A DNA stretch of 64,000 nt from Bacteriovoracia bacterium (GTDB lineage: Bacteria; Bdellovibrionota; UBA1018; JBFWNL01): the NCBI GenBank assembly GCA_050251055.1, contig JBFWNL010000007.1, positions 161,612 to 225,611 of the forward strand, written 5' to 3'. Below the pieces are notes generated by a model. It searched no databases. It saw nothing but the letters and a program-made list of their open reading frames with translations, and was not told the origin of the DNA. Of the stretch, positions 11,384 through 22,079 are shown piece after piece; the first letter of the stretch is position 1, and every line of letters starts with the position of its first letter. Made by a program: the position numbers and the translations under genes.

Positions 11384-12451
11384 TTATTCGCCTTCCGTAA
11401 GCGCGTAAATCGCGAACTGGGGTACCCAGTGGTCGTAGTCGCGATAATTTCCCGCCGACTTGAGATGAGTCGCCCAACCGGCGGCAACGTGGCGCTCGTA
11501 AGCCTGATTCAGCTGCTTGCGGGTTTCGCCACCTACCGTGCGGCGGGCGGCCGCGTGGATGGCCCAGGCGCGACTCCAGTTCATGCCCATGCCGTGGGCA
11601 TTCGCGGGTCGCACCGGGTTCAGGCTACGGAAGTTGAAGGGATGCTGGTCGATAAAAGCGCGGAAATCTCCGTCCACTGCCGTCGTCGTCACAAGGTAAA
11701 GCCAGTTGCCGAAGCGGGAAAAGAACTCGTCGTTCCGGTCGTCCCCGAATCCTAGGTCGAATTCGGACTTCAGGAAGCCTTTCTCGATGATGGCTTCCGT
11801 TTTGGCCAGGCCTTCGCCGTCCCCGATCGAAACGTAATAGGCGTGGAGCTGCGCGAGCGCCCACGAGGCGTTGGCATATTCGGGAAGCGTTGGATCAGCG
11901 CCCTGTTTGGAGAAATATTCTAGAAGCGAGCGCGCGATCTCATTGGCCATCGGCTGGAGGCGATTGGTGTCGAAGCGATCGGCAATCTCGGCCCACTGTT
12001 TGAATTCGATCGCTAGCCGCAGGTACCAGGCGCGTCCGTAAGGCATTTCGAAGTCCGGATGATCCACTAGGTTTTGCGCTTCCAGGAGGAGTAGGCGCGG
12101 GTTCAGCGCGCGGTCGACGGCGGCGGCTTCGGCCGCAAATTCCCCGCTGGCGCGGGCGGCCCGCAAGATTGCCCAGTGGGCGTGGACCGCGGAGTGCCAA
12201 TCCCAGCAGCCGTGGAAGATCGGGAAGCTCGTGTCCGGTTGCTCGATGCAACGGGAGACAATGGGGACGAGCTCGGCGAACATCGACTCGCGGTCGGGAA
12301 TCAGAAATTCGGGTTTTTCCGTCTTCAGCTCCACCGGCTGGGTATCGCCCGATTTTTTGGGCACGGAATAGGAAGGGCTCTGGCAAGCAAAAATGGCGAG
12401 TGCCGAAACGAGCAAGCAGGCGGACCGGGTCCGCACGAATCTAATATTCAT
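11384..12451 (-). CDS. DUF2891 family lipoprotein
   Basis: PIFHGCWDWHSAVHAHW, FEMPYGRAW, HGMGMNWSRAW, YDHWVPQF. Confidence 0.8.
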   Translation of the reverse strand: MNIRFVRTRSACLLVSALAIFACQSPSYSVPKKSGDTQPVELKTEKPEFLIPDRESMFAELVPIVSRCIEQPDTSFPIFHGCWDWHSAVHAHWAILRAARASGEFAAEAAAVDRALNPRLLLLEAQNLVDHPDFEMPYGRAWYLRLAIEFKQWAEIADRFDTNRLQPMANEIARSLLEYFSKQGADPTLPEYANASWALAQLHAYYVSIGDGEGLAKTEAIIEKGFLKSEFDLGFGDDRNDEFFSRFGNWLYLVTTTAVDGDFRAFIDQHPFNFRSLNPVRPANAHGMGMNWSRAWAIHAAARRTVGGETRKQLNQAYERHVAAGWATHLKSAGNYRDYDHWVPQFAIYALTEGE

Positions 12452-12751
12452 ATTTCCCCCCAAAACAATTCTCGAGCGATTTCGCCTAAGTGCGTGCCTC
12501 GAATAACACGGAGCAATGGTACGGTCTAGTTTTCAAATGATTACAAAAAAACCTGGGTCTTCAAAAATATTCCATATTTCTATATGCATAATGCATTGCA
12601 TAATAATGAAGGTCGGCGGTGGTTTGGAAAATTGGGTTTGTGCCGTTTTCGGGTGGAGCCGCGGGTTGTTTTCTCTGGTTCGTCAAGATTTAGACGCCGG
12701 CTTTGGTAATGCTTCTAACGCGTAATCCCGAAGAGATTACTGAATCATTTC

Positions 12752-14014
12752 ATGGCGTCCATACCGGGAGTGAAGAGAACCTGGGTAGTGATGGTCCTGA
12801 TGGGCGGAGGGCTAGCTGCGTCCGCTTGGGGCGAGAGCGTCACTTGGGAAGCGAGCGTGATGCAAGCGGGGGAGCAAAACGCCGAACTGCGCGCCGCTCG
12901 CGAATCCGTCGAGGCGGCGCGTGCCACGCGCAACTCGCGCTACAGTCCGTTCTTGCCACAGTTCACGGCCGCGCTCGGGTATAACTACGGTGAGGGCGCC
13001 ACCGGGGGCTCGCGCACTTACTCCGCTTCCGTCACCGGTACGCAGAACCTGTTCAATGGCCTGGGAGACCGCGCGCAGCTGGATCAGGCATCAGCGACGC
13101 TGCGCCAGAGCGAGGCGACCCTCGACCAAACCCGCGCCCGCGTGAGCTTTGATTTGCGCGCGTCTTACGCAGGCCTGCTTTACGCGCAGCGATCCGTGAA
13201 GTTGCAAGAAGAAATCATCCGACGCCGTAGCGACAACCTAAAGCTGGTACAACTGCGTTTCGAAAGCGGCCGTGAGAACCGGGGGTCGGCGCTGCTTTCC
13301 CAAGCCTACCTGAACCAGGCGAATTACGAACTCCTGCAGGCAAAGCATGCGATTTCTACCGCCCAATCCCAGCTAGCGAAAGCGCTGGGCCGGGACGCAG
13401 ACGCGGAGCTGGTGGCGAGCCAGGACCTGCCTGAGACGGATCCGCCGATCGTGCCCGATTTTCGCGCGGCCTTGGGATTCACGCCCGAGCACCGACAGTC
13501 CATCGCGCAAGAGGAGGCGGCCGATGCGGCGGTGACTGCCGCACGTGCGGGTTTCTTCCCCACGCTGAACTTGACGGCCACAACCGGACGCACCGGAGAC
13601 CAATGGTTACCTCCGGACAGCCGCTGGTCGATCGGACTGAGTTTGAGTTTCCCATTTTTTTCGGGGGGGCGCGATTACTTCGGCACGCGTACGGCGCTTG
13701 CGAACTACAGCGCGGCGTCGCTCTCGCGCGTGAGTCAGGACCGCCAGCTAGTCGTCAAGCTCAAGCAGACGCATGCCGCTTTCGTAGAAGCCGTCGAAAA
13801 GTACAAGGTGGATGAAAGTTTTCTCGCGGCGGCGAAGTCGCGGGCGGAAATCGCGCGTAATAAGTATAACAACGGCCTGCTTAGCTTCGACGATTGGGAC
13901 ATCATCGAAAATGACCTGATTTCCAGGCAGCGGAGTGTTCTCCAGAGTCAGCGCGAGCGAGCGCAGGCGGAAGCGGCCTGGTATCAGGCCTTGGGACAAG
14001 GAGTCGTGCCATGA
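12752..14014 (+). CDS. TolC family outer membrane efflux protein
   Basis: Signal peptide, two OEP repeats (FLPQFTA, FFPTLNL, LSFPFFSGG). Confidence 0.9.
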   Translation: MASIPGVKRTWVVMVLMGGGLAASAWGESVTWEASVMQAGEQNAELRAARESVEAARATRNSRYSPFLPQFTAALGYNYGEGATGGSRTYSASVTGTQNLFNGLGDRAQLDQASATLRQSEATLDQTRARVSFDLRASYAGLLYAQRSVKLQEEIIRRRSDNLKLVQLRFESGRENRGSALLSQAYLNQANYELLQAKHAISTAQSQLAKALGRDADAELVASQDLPETDPPIVPDFRAALGFTPEHRQSIAQEEAADAAVTAARAGFFPTLNLTATTGRTGDQWLPPDSRWSIGLSLSFPFFSGGRDYFGTRTALANYSAASLSRVSQDRQLVVKLKQTHAAFVEAVEKYKVDESFLAAAKSRAEIARNKYNNGLLSFDDWDIIENDLISRQRSVLQSQRERAQAEAAWYQALGQGVVP

Positions 14015-14985
14015 ATTGGAAAGTGATCGGAGGCGCCGGCGTGGCTGCGTTGGCTCTAGCCGTTGGGCTTTTCGTGTGGAATCAGCGCCGCAATCGCCTG
14101 GAGGTGACCTACCGCGAAGTGCCCGTGAAGCGGGCCGATCTAGAAGTCACGATCCTGAGCACGGGTACCGTGCAACCGAAGAATCGCCTGGAGATCAAGC
14201 CTCCCGTGGCTGGGCGGGTGGAAGACGTGCTCGTGAAAGAAGGGCAGATCGTGCGCAAGGGGCAGATCCTGGCGTGGATGAGTTCGACCGAGCGGGCGGC
14301 TTTGCTAGATGCCGCCCGTTCACAGGGACCAGAAGAAGTGAAGCGTTGGCAGGAGAACTACCGACCGACGCCAATTCTTGCTCCCATCTCGGGTACCATC
14401 ATTTTGCGTAACGTGGAGTCCGGCCAAACGTTCACGAACGCGGATCCGGTTTTCACGATGTCCGATCGCCTGACCGTGAAAGCTCAGGTCGATGAAACGG
14501 ATATCGCTCAGATCCGCTTGCGCCAATCCGCTTCGATCGTCCTGGACGCATATTCTGGCCAGGCGATTCCGGCTCAAGTGGATCAGATCGCCTTCGACGC
14601 CAAGACCGTGAATAATGTTACCACTTATGAGGTGGACGTACTGCCGGAGCATACGCCCGAGACCATGCGGAGCGGGATGACCGCCAACGTGACTTTCGTG
14701 GTAGCGCGGAAAGGGGATGTCCTCGTGGTTCCGAACGATTCCCTGCGGGTCCAGGACAACCGTTATTCGGTGTTAGTGAAATCCCCGGATCCGAAAGGCG
14801 CACCGCTTGAAAAGCGGGTTGAAACGGGCATCAGCGACGGTAAGCGCACCGAAATCGTGAGCGGTTTATCCGAAGGGGAGACGGTGTTGGCCGCCGAGAT
14901 CAAGCCCTGGTCGCGCGGCGCGGGCAACCGAAGCTCGAATCCGTTCGCACCGTCGATGCGGGGTCGGGGCGGCGGGGGGCGGTAA
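14011..14985 (+). CDS. macA: Efflux periplasmic adaptor subunit (MacA-like)
   Basis: N-terminal TM, GRVEDVLVKEGQIVRKGQ, APISGTI, VDETDI, RSGMTA. Confidence 0.85.
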   Translation: MNWKVIGGAGVAALALAVGLFVWNQRRNRLEVTYREVPVKRADLEVTILSTGTVQPKNRLEIKPPVAGRVEDVLVKEGQIVRKGQILAWMSSTERAALLDAARSQGPEEVKRWQENYRPTPILAPISGTIILRNVESGQTFTNADPVFTMSDRLTVKAQVDETDIAQIRLRQSASIVLDAYSGQAIPAQVDQIAFDAKTVNNVTTYEVDVLPEHTPETMRSGMTANVTFVVARKGDVLVVPNDSLRVQDNRYSVLVKSPDPKGAPLEKRVETGISDGKRTEIVSGLSEGETVLAAEIKPWSRGAGNRSSNPFAPSMRGRGGGGR

Positions 14986-14989
14986 GCCC

Positions 14990-16990
14990 ATGTTGGAACT
15001 CAAAAATATTCATAAGCGTTACCAGATGGGGGACACCATCGTGCACGCACTGCGCGGGGTGAGTTTGTCCGTCGAGGCCGGCGACTTTGTCGCGATCATG
15101 GGACCATCCGGCTCGGGTAAGTCGACACTCATGCACGTGATGGGCTTGCTCGACGTTCCGGACGAGGGTTCCTACCGGATTTCCCAAGGCGGCGGAAATG
15201 GGCGGGCGGGGGAATCCCGCGAGGTTTCCAAGCTGAGCGAGGATGCGCTTGCGGTGCTGCGCCGGGAAGTCATCGGTTTTATCTTTCAGCAGTTCAACCT
15301 ATTGCCCCGCATGACGGCCCAAGAGAACGTGGCGTTGCCGCTGCTTTACTCCGAGCAAAAGCTGGATCTGGAACGCGCACGCGAGCTGCTGGAGCGCGTG
15401 GGTCTAGGCGACCGCCTGGAGCATCACTCGAACGAAATGTCGGGAGGCCAGCAACAACGCGTGGCCATCGCGCGTTCACTGATCAATCGACCCCTCATCC
15501 TTTTCGCCGACGAGCCGACGGGGAATCTTGACTCCAAGAGCGAAAAGGAAATCATGGCCGTGCTCCAGGAGCTGAATGAGGCCGGCATCACGATTATTGT
15601 CGTCACGCACGAAGACGAGATCGGTCGCCAGGCGCGTCGGCTCGTACGCATGCGCGATGGTGAGGTGCAAAGTGACGAGCGGCTAAGGCCGTTGCCGGGT
15701 CCCCGTGAGATTTCGACTAGGCCGGGTGGCCGGCCCGATCTGAAGGATGAAGGCACGCGTGGCCAGCTCTCGCGGCTTCGGCAGCACTTCGAGCAAGGCG
15801 TGAAAACTCTGGCCGCGAACAAGGTGCGTACGGGGCTTTCCATGCTGGGGATCTTGATTGGGGTCGCCGCGGTCGTCGCGATGCTCGCGCTGGGCCGGGG
15901 CGCTCAGAAGGCAATCGAGGCCCAGCTTTCGTCTTTAGGCTCCAACCTGCTTGTGCTGCGAGCGGGTGCGATGCGGGGGGCGGGAGGGGTGATGTCCGAG
16001 GGAGGGATGTTCACCCGGCTCACCGTAGAGGACGCGAACGCAATTCGCGAAAGTATTCCCGCCGTGAAAGAGGCGGCGCCGGTGGCGAACGGGCGGGGGC
16101 AGGTCACTTTCCTTAATCGGAACTGGAACACGCAGGTGCAGGGGGTCTCCCCCGCTTATTCGCGTATGCGCGCGGTGATGCCGGACGTGGGGCGCTTCTT
16201 CACGGAGGACGAGAATCAACGTCGCGCCCGCGTGGCGGTGATCGGACGTACCCTCGTGCAGGAGGTTTTCGGGGGCGAAAATCCGATCGGGGAGATGATG
16301 AAAATCAACAAGGTCGCGTTCCAGGTGATCGGGGTCCTGCCGGAAAAGGGATCCAACGGGTTTCAGGACCAGGACGACAAGCTGATGATTCCCGTGTTTA
16401 CGGCGATGCACCGGCTTCTCGGTAAAGACTACGTGGATTCTATCGAGGTCGAAGTCGCTGAAGCGGGTCAAACGGATGTCGTCCAGGAGAAACTGGTGGA
16501 GCTCATGCTCAGTCGGCATCGGGTAGCGGCTTCCCAACGTCAGGATGCGTTCCAGGTCCGCAACCTCGCGGATATCCAGGCGGCCATGACCGCTACCACG
16601 CAGACGATGACCCTGCTCCTCTCGGCGATCGCAGCGATCTCATTGCTCGTGGGCGGGATCGGCATCATGAATATCATGCTCGTTTCGGTGACGGAGCGAA
16701 CGCGGGAGATCGGTCTGCGCAAAGCCGTGGGCGCGCGACGCGCGGACATTTTGGCGCAGTTCCTGGTGGAGTCGGTGGTCGTGAGCCTCGTGGGCGGGGC
16801 TTGCGGGATCGTTTTGGCGTGGGTGATCGCCTGGTCGCTTTCGACCTTCGCCGGCTGGGCCACGTCGATCACGCTTTCATCCGTGATGCTTGCGTTTTTC
16901 TTTTCGGCGACTACTGGCGTGGTTTTCGGCATCTATCCTGCGCGCCGTGCCTCCCGGCTTCCTCCGATCGATGCGCTTCGTTACGAATAA
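14990..16990 (+). CDS. macB: MacB-type ABC ATPase/permease fusion
   Basis: [51 protein letters not shown]. Confidence 0.92.
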   Translation: MLELKNIHKRYQMGDTIVHALRGVSLSVEAGDFVAIMGPSGSGKSTLMHVMGLLDVPDEGSYRISQGGGNGRAGESREVSKLSEDALAVLRREVIGFIFQQFNLLPRMTAQENVALPLLYSEQKLDLERARELLERVGLGDRLEHHSNEMSGGQQQRVAIARSLINRPLILFADEPTGNLDSKSEKEIMAVLQELNEAGITIIVVTHEDEIGRQARRLVRMRDGEVQSDERLRPLPGPREISTRPGGRPDLKDEGTRGQLSRLRQHFEQGVKTLAANKVRTGLSMLGILIGVAAVVAMLALGRGAQKAIEAQLSSLGSNLLVLRAGAMRGAGGVMSEGGMFTRLTVEDANAIRESIPAVKEAAPVANGRGQVTFLNRNWNTQVQGVSPAYSRMRAVMPDVGRFFTEDENQRRARVAVIGRTLVQEVFGGENPIGEMMKINKVAFQVIGVLPEKGSNGFQDQDDKLMIPVFTAMHRLLGKDYVDSIEVEVAEAGQTDVVQEKLVELMLSRHRVAASQRQDAFQVRNLADIQAAMTATTQTMTLLLSAIAAISLLVGGIGIMNIMLVSVTERTREIGLRKAVGARRADILAQFLVESVVVSLVGGACGIVLAWVIAWSLSTFAGWATSITLSSVMLAFFFSATTGVVFGIYPARRASRLPPIDALRYE

Positions 16991-17053
16991 ATACATTTCG
17001 TAGAAAGTCCGGCCCGGATCAGGATATGCCCACGCATTTAGGGCAAGTGTGCT

Positions 17054-17974
17054 ATGGAAGTTAGCGTGGAAACAGGTGATCTACAGAAGTACCGCGGGCA
17101 GTGGGGAGGAGGAATCCAAACCGCCGATGGCCGTCATGAAGAAATGTGGTGGTCCGAGCCCAATCGTGCCTTGGCGGGGAGCGCCTGGGCGCGGTGGCGT
17201 TTTCGCCTCGATGTTCGTCACTACTTCATTTTGCGGTTTTGGGGGAAATTTTTGCGAAGCCGGGGCGCGGCAACGCTACCCCGGGTGATTGATTTCGGAT
17301 GCGGCTCCGGCGGCACTACGATGAACTTTTCCCACGTTTTTTGGGTACCGATTCAAGGCGTAGATATTTTCGAAACCCAACTGAAAGTGGCCCGCCAAAA
17401 CGCCCAAGCTTTGGGATCGGCATGTACCTTTGAGAGGTTGGGCGAAGGGGGGAGTATTCCCGTTCCTGACGCATCGATCGACGTGGTGCTCTCCTTGGAT
17501 GTGCTGGGGCATGTGCCCGATATCCCGGCCGTCCTAAACGAATTTCGGCGCGTGCTGAAACCCGGAGGTGCGGTCCTGCTTTTCACCGAATCCACTTATA
17601 GTGACGGGGACCGCTCGATCATGGCTCGGCTCGCGCGCTCCGGCGCGGACATGATGACCGTCGTTCCGGAGCACATCTCGCTCTTTCCCCGTGAGCGGCT
17701 GGAAGAGCTCTTTGGCGCGGCGGGCTTCACGATGCTCGAACGAGTTTCCGCAAACGTGGGCCACTTCTTTTTCTTTCCGAAAGACTACGTGATGCTCTTG
17801 CGGGGACGAGCCGGGTTCACCGGATGGAAAATGCTCGCTTCGTTCTGGAATCGCCTATCAAAGCTCACTCCGTTTTATCCGAAGCCGCTCGATACCTTAC
17901 GGCTCGCACTGACATTAATGTTTGGTCGGCGCGCATACGGGACTTCGTATTTCTATTATCTGCGAAAAAATTGA
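17054..17974 (+). CDS. Class I SAM-dependent methyltransferase
   Basis: VIDFGCGSG, VLGHVPD, RVLKPGG. Confidence 0.85.
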   Translation: MEVSVETGDLQKYRGQWGGGIQTADGRHEEMWWSEPNRALAGSAWARWRFRLDVRHYFILRFWGKFLRSRGAATLPRVIDFGCGSGGTTMNFSHVFWVPIQGVDIFETQLKVARQNAQALGSACTFERLGEGGSIPVPDASIDVVLSLDVLGHVPDIPAVLNEFRRVLKPGGAVLLFTESTYSDGDRSIMARLARSGADMMTVVPEHISLFPRERLEELFGAAGFTMLERVSANVGHFFFFPKDYVMLLRGRAGFTGWKMLASFWNRLSKLTPFYPKPLDTLRLALTLMFGRRAYGTSYFYYLRKN

Positions 17975-18099
17975 CGGTGCCAAAACGCATCCCCCGTTTG
18001 TTATGATTTAATTTTCAGTGACCCTCCCGGTCGCAAAAAATTTCGTCTACTCTTAGTATACGCAGCCGAATTGCCAGTTACTGAACCAAGGAGGGTTTT

Positions 18100-19626
18100 G
18101 TGATGAGCGTTTCTCGCCGTTTCGTAGTGATCTTCGCATTTGCGACCTTCGCGTTTTCCGTATCTGTTTCCGCCGATCAAAGAATTCTGATTCAGGACAC
18201 GTTTCCTGCCTTGGGTCCCGCCGCTTCGCTAAAAGATGCGGGCGAGATGGTTCTGCGTCAGTTCCGATTGGAGAAGGAAGCGTTGGATCAGCCCTTCGAA
18301 GTCGCACGCGAAACCGAGAGCCTCACGGGCCATCACATCACCTACCAACAAACTTACGAAGGTTACGAAGTCTATGAAGGCTTCGTAAACGTGCACACGA
18401 GCTTGGACTTCCGGGCGGAATCGCTCGAGCCACACGTGGTGAAGTTCGAGCGTCCCGCGGCGCTGCGTTTCGGAAAGGTAGCGGCTAGTCCGGGCGGCGC
18501 GGTCGAGGCCGCCGTATCGGCGACCCGCACGAAGATGGATCCGATTTCTCCGGTCCAATCCAGGCCCGTGGTTTACTCGGTCGGCGGCGTGCCGACGCTG
18601 GGCTGGAACGTCAAGTTTGATACCCGCTATCCCACCGGCAGCTGGGATGTCCTGGTGGACGCCGATACGACCCACGTGGTTTCGCTGCGCAACCGCGTGC
18701 AGTTTGCTTCCGGCAAAGGCATGGTCTTTAACCCGAACCCGGTAGTGGCGTCGGGCATCCCGGATCTCAAGTTCAATGGTTCGCAAACGAAGCTCATCGA
18801 CGGCTACCGTATGTCGGCGACTTTTTTGGAGCTCGATGGCAGCGGTTACCTAACGGGGAAATATTGCATGACAGCCGTCGCCCGCGATAAGGCGCGCGCG
18901 TACAATAAGGACTTGGTCTTTGAATACTCCCACAAGGATTTGGGATTCCACGAAGCCATGGCCTACTATCACTTAACGACGATGCAGTACTACATTCAAA
19001 GCCTGGGCTTCAAGAACATCAACAACCGGCAGATCACGATCAACGTCGACACGATCACCGATGACAATTCGTTCTATAGCCCGGCGACTAAACAAATTAC
19101 GATGGGTACGGGCGGCGCTCCGGACGTGGAAGACGCCGACGTGATTTACCATGAAGCCGGTCACGCGATTCACGACAACCAGGTACCGGGTTGGGGATCG
19201 ACCACCGAGGGTGGCGCAATGGGCGAGGGGTTTGGTGACTACTGGGCTGGTAGCGCGTTCGCGGGCATTGGCGCCAAGGGCTCGGATTGGGACGTTTACA
19301 TCGCCGAATGGGATGGGGTCGCCTACAATCCCGGCAACCCGGGCTTCCTGCGCCGCTTGGATACGAAGAAAAAGTATCCGGGCGATGTGCAGAATCAAGT
19401 CCACGCCGATGGCGAAATGTGGAGTGCGTCGCTCTGGCAGGTTCGTCAGCTCGTGGGTAAAACTCGCGCGGATCAGACGGTTCTCGAGTCGCACTTCTAC
19501 CTGAGTCCGCGCGCTAAGTTCGCCGATGGCGCAAACGCAATTCTGGAGGCGAACAAGAAGCTCTTTGACGGGGATAAGCAGGACCAGCTCCGCAAGATCT
19601 TCGTCGATCGCGGATTCTTGAACTAG
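18100..19626 (+). CDS. Secreted M36/M4 (fungalysin/thermolysin-like) zinc metallopeptidase with propeptide
   Basis: Signal peptide, FTP/PepSY-like propeptide, HEAGH + EGFGD, VHADGEMW. Confidence 0.88.
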   Translation: MMSVSRRFVVIFAFATFAFSVSVSADQRILIQDTFPALGPAASLKDAGEMVLRQFRLEKEALDQPFEVARETESLTGHHITYQQTYEGYEVYEGFVNVHTSLDFRAESLEPHVVKFERPAALRFGKVAASPGGAVEAAVSATRTKMDPISPVQSRPVVYSVGGVPTLGWNVKFDTRYPTGSWDVLVDADTTHVVSLRNRVQFASGKGMVFNPNPVVASGIPDLKFNGSQTKLIDGYRMSATFLELDGSGYLTGKYCMTAVARDKARAYNKDLVFEYSHKDLGFHEAMAYYHLTTMQYYIQSLGFKNINNRQITINVDTITDDNSFYSPATKQITMGTGGAPDVEDADVIYHEAGHAIHDNQVPGWGSTTEGGAMGEGFGDYWAGSAFAGIGAKGSDWDVYIAEWDGVAYNPGNPGFLRRLDTKKKYPGDVQNQVHADGEMWSASLWQVRQLVGKTRADQTVLESHFYLSPRAKFADGANAILEANKKLFDGDKQDQLRKIFVDRGFLN

Positions 19627-19640
19627 TCTAAAAGCCTAGG

Positions 19641-19662
19641 ATCTCCCCAGAAATGGGGAGAT
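19641..19662 (+). terminator. Hairpin ATCTCCCCA-GAAA-TGGGGAGAT after peptidase
   Basis: 9-bp perfect stem, weak U tract. Confidence 0.45.
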
Positions 19663-19734
19663 TTGACACAATGCATTAGTGTTGATAGAACCCGCTCCGG
19701 TTCCTTAATTAACCCAGGAACCGGGGAGTTGTGG

Positions 19735-20766
19735 ATGATCAAAGGCCATCTGGCTTTTGCTTGGGGTTCCTTATTTGCGCTTGCGTGCGGGACGAGCTCC
19801 GCCCACGCGGCGTATTTCTCTGACCATCCCTATATTCACTTCGCGGATCAAGTGCGGGCGGGTGAGACGGGACTGGATGACCGAAACTTCGCCCCCTTTC
19901 TGAAGCGCTACGCCGTCGGGCGTTTTGAGACGCCTCAAGCGTACTCTGATTCCGCGCGCGTGGGTGAGACAGTGACCCACATCGGAGCAGGCTTGTTTCT
20001 GGTGGCGAATCACGTCTACGAGTCGCGAGGGAAGCCCGCAGAAGGTCACTTCGTGCAAGAGGTTTTGGCGGAAGGCCAGGCGGCCTTACCGCCGGAGCTT
20101 CGCCCGGTTTGGTTTAGCCAGAAATTCGTTTGGAGTCAGTACCACACGCACAAAATCTTGGTTCGCTGGCTGTTTTGCGTGCCCGCGCATGACTTCTGCC
20201 TCTTTCGCGCCGCCGATCCCGGTGCCTTGCCCGCCCATTTAGAGCAGGTGGCGCTTTCGACTCGGGAGCCGGTACGAGGTATGGAGGTATTCACGGTTGG
20301 CTATCCGGGCGATCGCCAACTGGATTTTTTGCCGCATCCCGCGGCTTCCATAGGTGAGATTTCCGGGCGAGGCTACCGCACGGATTACTCCGATCTCCAT
20401 TTGTTAACCGTGTCCGGCGCCGGTGGAATCTCGAATAGCCCCGCCATTTCCCAAGCGGACCCCGACTTGATGGTGCTTTATTTCAACATCGTGGGCAAGC
20501 AGCCCCGGACCCAGCCCATGGATTCACGCGAGGCCATTCGGGCTTACGAGCAGTGGGAAAAGGGCGTGAGTGCCCTGGCGTCTTTTACCGGCGACGAAGC
20601 GGAAAAAAAGGCGGAAACCGATCGTCTCCGCGGGGAGCTCATGCGGTTCCTGCCTCACTTCAACATGGGAGTTTCCGCGGCGAAAATTGCCGAAGATATA
20701 CGGAATTCCCCTTATGCGGATTTGTTCTGTGAAGCGTCCGATCGCTTGGCTGGCTGCGCGAAATAA
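19735..20766 (+). CDS. Secreted trypsin-like (S1) serine protease, divergent
   Basis: ANHV, HDFCLF, VFTVGYP, GGISNSP in S1 order. Confidence 0.55.
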   Translation: MIKGHLAFAWGSLFALACGTSSAHAAYFSDHPYIHFADQVRAGETGLDDRNFAPFLKRYAVGRFETPQAYSDSARVGETVTHIGAGLFLVANHVYESRGKPAEGHFVQEVLAEGQAALPPELRPVWFSQKFVWSQYHTHKILVRWLFCVPAHDFCLFRAADPGALPAHLEQVALSTREPVRGMEVFTVGYPGDRQLDFLPHPAASIGEISGRGYRTDYSDLHLLTVSGAGGISNSPAISQADPDLMVLYFNIVGKQPRTQPMDSREAIRAYEQWEKGVSALASFTGDEAEKKAETDRLRGELMRFLPHFNMGVSAAKIAEDIRNSPYADLFCEASDRLAGCAK

Positions 20767-20775
20767 CCCGATCTA

Positions 20776-21162
20776 CTACTGTGCCTTCAAAGAGAGCGTG
20801 ACTTCGTGGGCGTGCCCCGCGTCCTGCGATGAGGTTACTTTCAGCTCTCCGTCGATCAGCAATAGGACGAGGTCCGTTTCCCTTAAGGTCAAGACGTGCG
20901 GATGCCCCGACCGACCTTGAATGCCGAGGCGGGTGGAGCCTTCCGCGCGGGCCCGGCGTAGGTTCAGGATCAACTCGCTTAGGGTTAGCGAAAGCGCGTG
21001 CCCGTGATTATTGGCGATGACGGATTGCGGCACCAGCTCGCTCGCCGCTTCATTTGCCGGTTCCGCCGCGGCGTGCACCCAGGCGGGCAGTGCCACCGTG
21101 GAGATAGCAAGGATTCCGGTGCGCTGGAGCAACTGTCTGCGTGTTAGATCGATGTTCGTCAT
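20776..21162 (-). CDS. Tat-exported small His-rich protein
   Basis: TRRQLL twin-arginine signal; NHGH, GHPH, GHAH repeats; GGAGG RBS. Confidence 0.75.
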   Translation of the reverse strand: MTNIDLTRRQLLQRTGILAISTVALPAWVHAAAEPANEAASELVPQSVIANNHGHALSLTLSELILNLRRARAEGSTRLGIQGRSGHPHVLTLRETDLVLLLIDGELKVTSSQDAGHAHEVTLSLKAQ

Positions 21163-21252
21163 TTTGATTCCCTCCCCAGGGTTCTAACTGGATCTATAGC
21201 CAAAAAACGGGTACATCGGGTATCGGGTTTTTTTAAAACAGGTGTTTAATAT

Positions 21253-22064
21253 ATGGAAACAATCCGCTTCGGCGACATTAATACCCTTCTCGAGCTGATT
21301 CGCACCAAGTCCGTGCGCGAATCCTCGCGCAATCTTGGGGTTTCTCCCGGTAATATTTCGAAACTAGTGAAGTCGCTCGAGCTTCGCTTGGGCGTGCGCC
21401 TGCTCGAGCGCACTCCCCACGGCGTGGAAGCGACAGCCGAGGCCATGAGTGTTTTGCCTCGACTTCCTTTCTCTCTACCCATTTCCTCCCGGCCGCGCTC
21501 GCGCAGTACGAGCGCATTCAGCCTCGCACGCGTTTTCGTCTGATCGACTTGCCGCCCACGCAGTTCGTCGCGGCCGGCATGCGGGGCGCTTTTCAGCTTT
21601 GCGTGCATATGGGGAGCCTCGAGTGGCCTAAGACTTGGACCACCCTGGAAGTTGGTACGGTGACTTGGTCGCTTTACTGTCGAAAAGGGCACCCACTTTC
21701 CGCGAAGCCAACGCTGGCGCAGATCCTGAAATACCCGTTCGTTTACCCAGCGTATTGGGCGGGCGAGGGGGTACGCTTCGGCGATGACAACTGTCCCCAG
21801 AGTATTCGGCGCCGGCGCCTAGGCCACGAGACCGCGACCGCGACCGCCGCCGTGGAGATGGTTCGGTACACCGATCATCTGGGATTCTTTCCAAGCATAG
21901 TCGCGCGCGCTTTGGAAAAGCAACGATTGATCCGAAGGCTCCCCGTCCGCGAATGGAATCAGGTCAGTCGGCCGCTCTACCTTACGGTAAAAAACGACTT
22001 CGTCAAGCAGCCGACGTTCCTACGTTTTAAGGAGTTACTCCAAGACCAGCTGAGTCGTGATTAG
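21253..22064 (+). pseudogene. LysR family regulator split by frameshift/deletion near 21455
   Basis: HTH_1 in one frame; ASTSFLSTHFLPAAL..GHPL substrate-binding domain in the +2 frame; linker missing. Confidence 0.75.
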
Positions 22065-22079
22065 ATCGGTGAGTGATAT

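Noticed and set aside
12582-12602. TATGCA..TGCATA palindrome upstream of tolC
   Set aside because: Only 6-bp arms in AT-rich DNA; too weak to call
21440-21560. Programmed frameshift in LysR
   Set aside because: No slippery heptamer, and the linker is missing, so recoding would not restore a normal protein
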